Positions 18,573-25,464 of a stretch of DNA of 64,000 bases are shown piece after piece (positions within the stretch are counted from its first letter, which is position 1; each line of letters starts with the position of its first letter). Where the stretch lies: the IMG/VR virus record IMGVR_UViG_3300015050_001523, positions 160,001-224,000 of that record. The stretch is one strand, 5' to 3'. Position numbers and translations under genes: made by a program. A model generated the notes under the pieces. It was given only the letters and a program-made list of their open reading frames with translations. It did no database searches and had not been told where the DNA came from. This DNA comes from a virus. Lineage: Duplodnaviria > Caudoviricetes.

Positions 18573-19079
18573 TTAATTTTTTTCAAATAGCCAATTAGAC
18601 CATTGCTCAGGGATATTTCCATCAACATAATCTGAATACATTGTTTTTACACTTGGTACAGTGGGCCTTTGAGCAATCCTCATATTCGCCTGTTGCGGTG
18701 TTCTGTTCGCTTTTTCAGTGTTGCATGTTTTGCAACATGCAACAATATTTGTCCAAGTTGTCTTGCCGCCAACAGATTTTGGAATAACATGATCAAGAGT
18801 TAGGTCTTGGCTTCGAAATTTCCCTTCACAATATTGACAAGTATTATTATCACGGCTTAAAATATTTGCACGAGAATAACGAATTCTCATTGGTTCAGCC
18901 TTTGTTGATTTTCTCAATCTAACAACAGCCGGAACATTAAATTCAACAGATGGAGAACTTATTGTTTTTTCGTAACCTTCAAGAATGTCAACTTTTCCAA
19001 GAAAATGCATGCAAATAGCACGCTGCCATGAAATTGCTTTTATCGGTTGATAACCTTGATTAAGAAGAAGAGTTTTCAT
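18573..19079 (-). CDS. HNH endonuclease (McrA-like)
   Basis: RDNNTCQYC, LTLDHVIPKSVGGKTTWTNIVACCKTCN. Confidence 0.85.
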   Translation of the reverse strand: MKTLLLNQGYQPIKAISWQRAICMHFLGKVDILEGYEKTISSPSVEFNVPAVVRLRKSTKAEPMRIRYSRANILSRDNNTCQYCEGKFRSQDLTLDHVIPKSVGGKTTWTNIVACCKTCNTEKANRTPQQANMRIAQRPTVPSVKTMYSDYVDGNIPEQWSNWLFEKN

Positions 19080-19578
19080 ATATTTCTTTCATTCCATATT
19101 TCTCTGCCTCTAAAGGCAGAGTGTAAATTGTTGTGTCTACATTAATTGATTCTTTTATAATTTCTTCAATTTTGTCCCAGGATCCACCAGCCAAGCCGGC
19201 GCCCATTCTGGGCATATGCAGGGTTGGATTCTTCCCTTCGTAAGTTTGCATTAATTCTTGGATGTTGTCAAGTCCTTTTTTTATTGCTTCATAACGAATC
19301 GGAGGAACACCATCAACTGTCCATATTCCTTCTTGACCAATTAAATTTATAACTATAATATCTTTTTCAACAGGGACAACTTGAATAGTACCTAATTCAT
19401 ATTCATTTCCATTACCCCATTTTCTATAAATTAGCTCAGGCATTCCCCATCGTTTTGATAATGCAATTACAAATCCACTTCCCCAAGCTCCTACGTTGTT
19501 GCAGCAATGAGTAATGAATTTAATTCCTTTAGCACCAACAGGATTGGTGGCATCGCCGATTACATGTTTTATAGCCAT
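19060..19578 (-). CDS. Macrodomain ADP-ribose-binding/hydrolase protein
   Basis: IGDAT, HCCNNVGAWGSGFV, MPRMGAGLAGG. Confidence 0.85.
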   Translation of the reverse strand: MAIKHVIGDATNPVGAKGIKFITHCCNNVGAWGSGFVIALSKRWGMPELIYRKWGNGNEYELGTIQVVPVEKDIIVINLIGQEGIWTVDGVPPIRYEAIKKGLDNIQELMQTYEGKNPTLHMPRMGAGLAGGSWDKIEEIIKESINVDTTIYTLPLEAEKYGMKEIYENSSS

Positions 19579-19587
19579 ATGGCTATA

Positions 19588-19986
19588 CTATACCACTAAA
19601 TCTTGCTCTTGCAAACCAGGAAGGACAAGATTTTTTATTTCCTGATATCCTTCTCCACCCAATCCTAAATAACTTTTGATAAAGTATTCTGCTTGACTAT
19701 CCATTTCAAGAACTTTTTTCAAAATTGATCTTTCTCTAATTTTATCAATTTCCATGTAATTTTTCATATATTTTACAATATCTTGAAAGAGTTTTGCCTT
19801 TTCAGGACTAATCTTGTTTGAAGGTTGTTGTGGCCTTTTGGCCATTTTTTGTCTTTCTTCTTCTTTTTGTTTTTTATATAATGCAGAATTTTCTCTGTTT
19901 TGAGTATAGTCTATAAATTCTTTTTCATCAAATTCATATTCAAATAAAATTCTTCTTATTGTTTCTCTTAATAAAGATGGCCGCAT
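19588..19986 (-). CDS. Hypothetical protein with LRETIRRILFE N-terminus
   Basis: 132-aa ORF preceded by TATTTA-N5-ATG. Confidence 0.65.
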   Translation of the reverse strand: MRPSLLRETIRRILFEYEFDEKEFIDYTQNRENSALYKKQKEEERQKMAKRPQQPSNKISPEKAKLFQDIVKYMKNYMEIDKIRERSILKKVLEMDSQAEYFIKSYLGLGGEGYQEIKNLVLPGLQEQDLVV

Positions 19987-20019
19987 ATTAGTAAATATGC
20001 GGCCATCAACAAAGAATCA

Positions 20020-20142
20020 TAGGCAAAATATATAGAGATTATTTTTAACGTGCAGCCCTTACACTTCAGACACAAAGTGTCCGTTAGGAATCGAACCTAA
20101 TCTTTTCTATTAACAGTAGATGTAATCCCTAAAAGCATCCTA
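20020..20142 (-). ncRNA. Y RNA-like (YrlA-like) RNA, copy A, with permuted tRNA-mimic module
   Basis: TAGGATG...TTGCCTA scaffold enclosing T-arm TTAGG-TTCGATT-CCTAA, loop-closed acceptor CGGACAC/GTGTCTG and D-arm; begins 3 nt after the Ro60 stop. Confidence 0.75.
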
Positions 20143-20145
20143 TAT

Positions 20146-21747
20146 TTATATTTTATTATAAATGTCTATATTGTTTATAACGTCAAGCCAATAAAATCCA
20201 TTTTTTCCATGTTTTGCAAATTGTGCAATTGTGTCCCAAACAGTATCAGAGAATCCTCCAATATTTAGAATATCATCACGATTTGGAGCCTGTGATGAAG
20301 TATAAGGTTGAATATCGATGCAAACCATTTTTGCATTTGGATTATTCTTTTTGACCATATCCCAATATTTAAGTGTTTCTGTTTGATAATGGCCTCTTGC
20401 TCGATCTCCAATCCAAGACTCATTATCTGAAACATAAATAACCAAATCAACATTTTGTTTTGTTTCTGCAAGATGTTTGACTCCAAGATAAGAGTATGTT
20501 CCTCCTCCTGGATATGCAGACAATTTTTTAGCATTTGTCATCACAGAATCTCTTGGATTCAATTGTAAATTCATTTTTAATGCTGTATCAAATGGAATAA
20601 CATTTGATTGTCTATTTTTTCTTAGAATTGCTGAAGCTACAAGAGCTGCAACATCAATGCATCTAATTGAAGATGGTTTTTTATTTCGTCCAGTAATTGA
20701 CGAACCCATTGAACCTGATACATCAGGAAACACCCAGATATTTCCTGGGATGTTTGGAATATTTTCAAGCGAAATATCAAGAGCATCTTGAAGAGCTTCT
20801 GTAATTTCAAAAGGCATACCTTTTGTTGATACAGTGTTCATATATGCAGCCATTAGCTGATATGGGAACACTTTTGCATTTTTGATATCCTCTGGATCTC
20901 TTAGTCTTTGAGCAATAAGATTTACCATTTCTTTTTTCTCAAAGACATTATGACGCATAAATGTATTTAGATTCATGCGAGTCATTGTCCATTTTGCATT
21001 TCTTGCAATTTCTTTCCAATGACTATCATTTAGTCCCAAGCTATCTAACATTTGAAATGGAAGATCTGGAATTGTTACTTCGTCCGAATTTGATGCAATT
21101 GCACTTTTGCAATTTTCATAATTTTTAATTATTTCAGGAAGATCCTTTTCTGAGGAATTAAACAGTTTTCCACTCACTTCTTTGTTCCCAATTAAATAGG
21201 AATAAAGAGCTTCCTGTTGCGCATCTTGTGGTTTTGGATGCACCATTTTAATAATGTCTGCAACTGATGGAGTATTTCCAACACTATCTTTAAAAAGACG
21301 ACTATTATTCATTCGCACAAACCACATTTTTAATTGTCGGCGCATTGCTCTTGGAAAGCTTTTTTTCCCATCAACAAGTCCAGAACGAACAAACTGAACA
21401 TGGTTTCGAACCATTTTTGTGTTGTCCATTACAGTTGGAAAAACTTCCTCATATAATGTTGGATTTCTGAATGCCAAATAAGAAAGTAAAAGAGCTGGCA
21501 TGTCTTTCATAAACGCATTTTTGCGTGAATAAATCGCAAGTTTTGCTATAAAAACTGTTCCGTCAGGTGTTTCTGAAATCTTATTTACAAGATTTTTAAC
21601 AGTTTCTAGCTGAGCATCTTCTGATGCATAATAAGTGTCTGAAATACACCCAGTTGCCGCAATTTGCGCCAACGAAGCACGATCTCCAAGATCGTATGCA
21701 AGACCACCAGCTTCATTTACAGTTAGTTTATTTGATTTATTTTTCAT
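20146..21747 (-). CDS. rsr: Ro60 / TROVE-domain RNA-binding protein (Rsr-like) with C-terminal vWA
   Basis: VNEAGGLAY, AKLAIYSRKNAFMKDMPALL, MLDSL, WTMTRMNLNTFMRH, FPYQLMAAY, MIDAS DVSGSM, GGTYS, SDNESW, GGFSD. Confidence 0.9.
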   Translation of the reverse strand: MKNKSNKLTVNEAGGLAYDLGDRASLAQIAATGCISDTYYASEDAQLETVKNLVNKISETPDGTVFIAKLAIYSRKNAFMKDMPALLLSYLAFRNPTLYEEVFPTVMDNTKMVRNHVQFVRSGLVDGKKSFPRAMRRQLKMWFVRMNNSRLFKDSVGNTPSVADIIKMVHPKPQDAQQEALYSYLIGNKEVSGKLFNSSEKDLPEIIKNYENCKSAIASNSDEVTIPDLPFQMLDSLGLNDSHWKEIARNAKWTMTRMNLNTFMRHNVFEKKEMVNLIAQRLRDPEDIKNAKVFPYQLMAAYMNTVSTKGMPFEITEALQDALDISLENIPNIPGNIWVFPDVSGSMGSSITGRNKKPSSIRCIDVAALVASAILRKNRQSNVIPFDTALKMNLQLNPRDSVMTNAKKLSAYPGGGTYSYLGVKHLAETKQNVDLVIYVSDNESWIGDRARGHYQTETLKYWDMVKKNNPNAKMVCIDIQPYTSSQAPNRDDILNIGGFSDTVWDTIAQFAKHGKNGFYWLDVINNIDIYNKI

Positions 21748-21775
21748 ATTTTTATCCTTTTAATCTTAAGGCAAC

Positions 21776-22042
21776 TCAGTAATATTTTGTTTCTGGTTGA
21801 AACTTAAATGTTTTAAATATTTCTTCTAAACATTCATCACAAATAGAAAATGAGTAACAAACACTATCACAGAGACCTTTCTGGTCTCCATTGATCTCAA
21901 TTTCTGCTAACCCATAATGGGAATTATTTTTATTTTCACAATTGACCTCATAGTGGTCGCAGCCGAATCTGATTCCGCATTTATTACAAATAATATCTGT
22001 TTCTTTTTTTGTTTCTTTAATTGGCATTTTAAGCCCTTTCAA
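21776..22042 (-). CDS. Hypothetical Zn-finger protein
   Basis: ICNKCG ... ICDEC. Confidence 0.6.
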   Translation of the reverse strand: MKGLKMPIKETKKETDIICNKCGIRFGCDHYEVNCENKNNSHYGLAEIEINGDQKGLCDSVCYSFSICDECLEEIFKTFKFQPETKYY

Positions 22043-22074
22043 AATGAATTTGGGAGATTATAAAAAATTTAAAT

Positions 22075-22200
22075 TAGGCAAAAGTGATAAAGATATTTTT
22101 TCGCGCTTTAACCAATTAAGCTATCCCTTTATATAAAGGGAACAGGACTCGAACCTGTAACTCGTCTTCCGTATAGATGTAATCCCTATCTGACATCCTA
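22075..22200 (-). ncRNA. Y RNA-like (YrlA-like) RNA, copy B, with permuted tRNA-mimic module
   Basis: Scaffold plus T-arm ACAGG-TTCGAGT-CCTGT, acceptor TCCCTTT-ATAT-AAAGGGA, TA, D-arm GCTT-AATTGGTTA-AAGC. Confidence 0.75.
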
Positions 22201-22205
22201 ACTTA

Positions 22206-22278
22206 TGCTGTGAGCGAGGGTCGAACTCGCGCTGGATAGGTTCTTAGCCTATTGTCTCTGCCATTGGACTACCACAGC
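22206..22278 (-). tRNA. tRNA with AAG anticodon (Leu), short variable loop
   Basis: GCTGTGG/TCACAGC, ATAGG-CT-AAG-AA-CCTAT, 5-nt variable loop, A73. Confidence 0.75.
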
Positions 22279-22352
22279 AAATGAAACGGGTCAAGAGAAA
22301 TATAGCCATTTCTTGTTGGGATTTGAACCCAATATATTTCTTACTTACCCTA

Positions 22353-22435
22353 TACCTGAGATGGGATTCGAACCCACATGGGCTTTCGCCAAAAGATTTT
22401 GAGTCTTCCTCCTGCTACCGTTCGGATACTCAGGC
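22353..22435 (-). tRNA. tRNA-Leu(CAA)
   Basis: GCCTGAG/CTCAGGT, CT-CAA-AA, variable arm GGC-GAAA-GCC. Confidence 0.85.
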
Positions 22436-22613
22436 AAAAATAAAAGAGAGGGCTCAAAAATTATATATAATTTTTTTGAGTTTCAAGTCATTGTGTATAT
22501 ACAACTCCCTCGCACAAAATAACTGAAAAAGGGACCTCGTAAAATCCCCTTTTCGCCTCTGACTTACCTTTTACGAGACTTATAAGTTAAATAAAGATGT
22601 TATTTTGTCTTGA

Positions 22614-22695
22614 TGCGCAAAGTGGGAATCGAACCCACACGAATAAATCACCCGGTTCTAAGCCGAGCCTGTCTACCAAATTTCAGCATATGCGC
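22614..22695 (-). tRNA. tRNA-Leu(TAG)
   Basis: CT-TAG-AA loop, long variable arm, one acceptor mismatch. Confidence 0.8.
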
Positions 22696-22704
22696 AAAAT
22701 AAAT

Positions 22705-22862
22705 TGGAGAACGAATAAGTTCGTTTTTTCAAGGTATGCCTGATCGATCAAGGCACTCTCCACCCAGCAGTATTTTCCATGTCTGCTCAATCCTTCAAGG
22801 GATTTTTCCCACTTCCCAATTAATTAGATCGGGCTTTATGTAAGGGACTTATAGGTCTTGAA
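22705..22862 (-). ncRNA. Unassigned multi-hairpin intergenic element
   Basis: Consecutive hairpins (TGCCT/AGGCA, AGCAG/CTGCT, ATCC/GGGAT, GAACGAA/TTCGTT) with no ORF, between tRNA genes. Confidence 0.3.
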
Positions 22863-22864
22863 AG

Positions 22865-22937
22865 TCCTCAAAATGGGATTCGAACCCATACTTTACAGAT
22901 TTTAAGTCTGGTGTCTCTGCCGTTGGACTACTTGAGG
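22865..22937 (-). tRNA. tRNA-Leu(TAA), short variable loop
   Basis: CCTCAAG/TTTGAGG, CT-TAA-AA, D-arm nearly identical to the AAG tRNA. Confidence 0.75.
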
Positions 22938-22943
22938 TTAAAA

Positions 22944-23105
22944 ATGGGGCGGCTATCCAGTCAAACTCCATGTGCCGCCCCCGACACCGAGTTTCATAAA
23001 CCAAGCCAATAGGGCCTTGAGCCGAAGAGCTTGGAGGATTTGGTAAACGACCGACTACGCCGATCCTCTACCAAAAATCGGATTTGCATTGCATCTCCGA
23101 GGGAT
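22944..23105 (-). ncRNA. Unassigned GC-rich structured RNA
   Basis: TCGGA/TCCGA, GAGGAT/ATCCTC, CCAAGC/GCTTGG, GGGGCGGC/GCCGCCCC helices. Confidence 0.4.
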
Positions 23106-23112
23106 TAAAATA

Positions 23113-23198
23113 TAGGCAAAAATTTGAAAAGATTGGGTATCGGCGCTTTATAGGATATCTCCTACCGATTTTTGCATGTAATCCTTTTTAGCATCCTA
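23113..23198 (-). ncRNA. Y RNA-like scaffold, copy C (hairpin cargo)
   Basis: TAGGATGC...GGATTACA...ATCTTTT...TTGCCTA with internal ATCGG-TAGGA/TCCTA-CCGAT. Confidence 0.7.
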
Positions 23199-23205
23199 CA
23201 TAAAG

Positions 23206-23280
23206 GTTGATTGACGGGACTTGCACCCGCTAAATTCTGATTCACAGTCAGAAGCCAATCTTCTTTGGTCGTCAATCAAC
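23206..23280 (-). tRNA. tRNA-His(GTG)
   Basis: G-1:C73 extended acceptor, CT-GTG-AA. Confidence 0.8.
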
Positions 23281-23289
23281 ATAAATTAT

Positions 23290-23396
23290 TAGGCAATATA
23301 ATACAAAATGTTATTGATGAATTGGCGTCCCAATTAGCGAGTCCCCCCGTTAATCGAACCCCAAACCGATTGCGATGTAATTCTGTATCCATCCTA
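23290..23396 (-). ncRNA. Y RNA-like scaffold, copy D
   Basis: TAGGATG...ATACAGAAT/ATTTTGTAT stem, TTACATC, GGTTCGATT remnant, AATTGG/CCAATT hairpin, TTGCCTA. Confidence 0.65.
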
Positions 23397-23399
23397 ATA

Positions 23400-23472
23400 T
23401 GGGAAGTCCTGGTTTCGAACCAGGCCATCAGAGGCTTCAACTCTGCGTAACTACCATGCTCACTCACTTCCC
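23400..23472 (-). tRNA. tRNA-Phe(GAA)
   Basis: GGGAAGT/ACTTCCC, TT-GAA-GC. Confidence 0.8.
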
Positions 23473-23487
23473 GAAATCATAAAAAAT

Positions 23488-23560
23488 TAGGCAAAACAAT
23501 ATAAAACTTTTGTGTAATCGCCGGTTAACAGCGAGCAGGTGTATTTCTATATTCATCCTA
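23488..23560 (-). ncRNA. Y RNA-like scaffold, copy E
   Basis: TAGGATG, AATATAGAA/TTTTATATT stem, TCGCTG/CGGCGA hairpin, TTGCCTA. Confidence 0.65.
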
Positions 23561-23569
23561 ATAAAATTT

Positions 23570-23724
23570 AAAAGCCGGTCTTTTCCCGGCTGTCAAGCAG
23601 GCTTCACTAAAAGATTCGTATCTATCTTTCACAACTCCCGGAGGTAATGGGGTTGGGCCTATTTGTGACGTTATTTGTTTTGTTTCCGCAACGCACCAAC
23701 GGAATCCTCTTTTGCGCAGGAACT
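23570..23724 (-). ncRNA. Unassigned structured RNA ending in AGCCGG-GAAAAGA-CCGGCT hairpin
   Basis: Hairpins TCCT/AGGA, TTCCG/CGGAA, TCACAA/TTGTGA, AAAGAT/ATCTTT, then terminal hairpin plus U-tract. Confidence 0.4.
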
Positions 23725-23732
23725 AAAAATTT

Positions 23733-23793
23733 TAGGCAAAAACTATAAGATGTTTTTATCAATAAATGCGATGTAATCCTATAAAGCATCCTA
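23733..23793 (-). ncRNA. Y RNA-like scaffold, copy F (minimal)
   Basis: TAGGATGC, TATAGGAT/ATCTTATA, TACATC, TTGCCTA; 61 nt. Confidence 0.7.
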
Positions 23794-23813
23794 AAATAAA
23801 ATTATAAATAAAA

Positions 23814-23875
23814 TAGGCAAAAATTTGAAAAGATTTTTTGTATTTGGTAAAAATGTAATCCTTTCTAGCATCCTA
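23814..23875 (-). ncRNA. Y RNA-like scaffold, copy G (minimal)
   Basis: TAGGATGC, GAAAGGAT/ATCTTTTC, TACAT, TTGCCTA; 62 nt. Confidence 0.7.
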
Positions 23876-23883
23876 TTAAATTA

Positions 23884-23972
23884 TGGGCAGGGAGGGATTC
23901 GAACCCCCATCGCTTACTTTATTCGGGCTAGATTTACAGTCTAGTGCAGCCATCCGTATCTGCGTCCTACCC
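23884..23972 (-). tRNA. tRNA-Tyr(GTA)
   Basis: GGGTAGG/CCTGCCC, CT-GTA-AA, long variable arm. Confidence 0.85.
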
Positions 23973-23984
23973 TAAAATTACTAA

Positions 23985-24059
23985 TCGAGGTAGCAGGATT
24001 CGAACCTGCGGTCTCTTGTTTCCAAAACAAGCGCGATAACCAGACTTCGCTATACCTCG
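23985..24059 (-). tRNA. tRNA-Pro(TGG)
   Basis: CGAGGTA/TACCTCG, TT-TGG-AA. Confidence 0.85.
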
Positions 24060-24108
24060 ATAATAATCTCCCATGTTCATTTCTATTTAATTTTCAAAAA
24101 AACAAAAG

Positions 24109-24184
24109 TACCTGATGGGGGAATTGAACCCAAAACCATCTTATCGTTCGAAGCGATAAATTCTATCCGTTAAAATAATCAGGC
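24109..24184 (-). tRNA. tRNA-Arg(TCG)
   Basis: GCCTGAT/ATCAGGT, CT-TCG-AA. Confidence 0.8.
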
Positions 24185-24197
24185 ATATTAGAAGAAG

Positions 24198-24269
24198 CGC
24201 CCGATCAAGGACTTGAACCTTGAATTTAACCTTCGCAAGATTATGTGATATCCGTTTCACTAACCGGGC
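24198..24269 (-). tRNA. tRNA-Arg(GCG)
   Basis: GCCCGGT/ATCGGGC, TT-GCG-AA. Confidence 0.8.
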
Positions 24270-24401
24270 AGAAATTTAGAAGCTTTGTAACAAGCTATAA
24301 AACCGATGCTTATAGGTTTGACGGAGACATGGATATAAGGGCTTCGGCTTTGTTCCGAAATCTTCAACCTTTGCTTTGTTTTGAGCGTCCATGATGTTTA
24401 C

Positions 24402-24430
24402 ACTATATCAGATCTAAGTAGGGGTGTCAA
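24402..24430 (-). promoter_or_regulatory. Near-consensus sigma70 promoter TTGACA-17-TATAGT heading the tRNA/Y-RNA cluster
   Basis: tgtcaa 24425-24430, actata 24402-24407. Confidence 0.7.
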
Positions 24431-24485
24431 CAGGTTTTTTCTTTGACCATGCAAGAAAATTTTTAAGTCCATTTAATTAAATAAT

Positions 24486-24508
24486 TAAGCCGAGCATTGC
24501 TCGGCTTA
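24486..24508 (-). terminator. Hairpin downstream of ORF 24529..25410
   Basis: TAAGCCGAGC-ATT-GCTCGGCTTA. Confidence 0.55.
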
Positions 24509-24528
24509 GGATTCGATAAATTATTACT

Positions 24529-25410
24529 TTATAAGTTCCAAAGAGAAGGTTTATTATTTGCAATATCTTGCATTTCTGAATCGTCTTCAAATCCAAGATG
24601 CTTTAAGTAATCAGATGGAGACATTCCATTTTTTTGTGCAAGAGAAATAATTTGATTTCTTGTATCTTTTGGATACATCTTTAGCATTTGAATATCTTCT
24701 CGACGGTCTCGATTTCCCGTCGACACAATATCTCCAAGAGTTTTTGGACTTAGATGTTCCTCCCAGTCTGAGGCCATTTCGTCCTCCCATGTAAGGTCGT
24801 TCGGAGCATCCTTCCATTCATAATCATCATCATAAGGAGATGATTTGTCATCAAAATTTCTTCCTGTCCATGGGCCAGCTTCTGCCAAAGATAAAACAAC
24901 TCCATCAATATCCTCATCCTCATCGCCCATGTCATCCATATCCATGTCGTCATCCATATCCATATCATGTTGTTGATATTGAGGAGTTGCTGCGCCAAGT
25001 CGGCTTGGAGGAGTCATTGCAGGATTTTGTGACATAATTGGCATTCTTTCAGATTGGGCTTGTTTTTCTCCGCAACCACCGCCAGAATACACAGGAGCAG
25101 AAGAAGCTGCTGCAAAATTTGTTCCTCCTCCCATTTGAACATTTGCAGCATAAGCGCTATTACTATATTCAATATAATGTTTTACATCGCTTATGCTTTG
25201 TGATGCTTTAGAAATTTTATCTTCAACCCAATCAGGTGCTTCTGAATCTTTTGAAAGCATTGACATCAACTCTCCAGAATATTCATGAATTTTTGCCAAA
25301 TTTGCCATAAGCATATTTTCGCCACTTTCTGCACTACAAGCTGAGCACATTTCAAGTAGCGCGGTAAACTCATCATTTCCCATAAATTTGTTATTGTACG
25401 GTAATTCCAT
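24529..25410 (-). CDS. Acidic low-complexity protein (possible virion component)
   Basis: 293 aa, WVEDKISKA motif, MDMDDD run; preceded by TATTTA-N5-ATG. Confidence 0.7.
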   Translation of the reverse strand: MELPYNNKFMGNDEFTALLEMCSACSAESGENMLMANLAKIHEYSGELMSMLSKDSEAPDWVEDKISKASQSISDVKHYIEYSNSAYAANVQMGGGTNFAAASSAPVYSGGGCGEKQAQSERMPIMSQNPAMTPPSRLGAATPQYQQHDMDMDDDMDMDDMGDEDEDIDGVVLSLAEAGPWTGRNFDDKSSPYDDDYEWKDAPNDLTWEDEMASDWEEHLSPKTLGDIVSTGNRDRREDIQMLKMYPKDTRNQIISLAQKNGMSPSDYLKHLGFEDDSEMQDIANNKPSLWNL

Positions 25411-25438
25411 AACTATAAATAGTTATATATCAAACAAA

Positions 25439-25464
25439 AAAACCTCTTGATATCAAGAGGTTTT
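25439..25464. terminator. Intrinsic terminator
   Basis: AAAACCTCTTGA-TA-TCAAGAGGTTTT. Confidence 0.55.

Noticed and set aside
22944-23105. tmRNA or RNase P RNA
   Set aside because: Too short; lacks T-arm/CCA, tag ORF and the RNase P GAGGAAAGUCC core
23113-23875. Repeated taggcaaaa...catccta units as a CRISPR array
   Set aside because: Repeats are bipartite with base-pairing termini, spacing is irregular, units are interleaved with tRNAs, and no cas genes are seen; an RNA scaffold fits better
17541-24098. Repeated ttctatttaattttcaaa at about 17541 and 24081 as an internal promoter
   Set aside because: The TTGAAA has no properly spaced -10 box; AT-rich match of uncertain meaning
17381-24817. 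ORF-track entries 17381..17650, 17788..17991, 17885..18130, 22281..22526, 23265..23450, 23276..23467 and other short antisense/overlapping ORFs
   Set aside because: They are shadow frames over tRNA/ncRNA genes or over longer, motif-bearing ORFs
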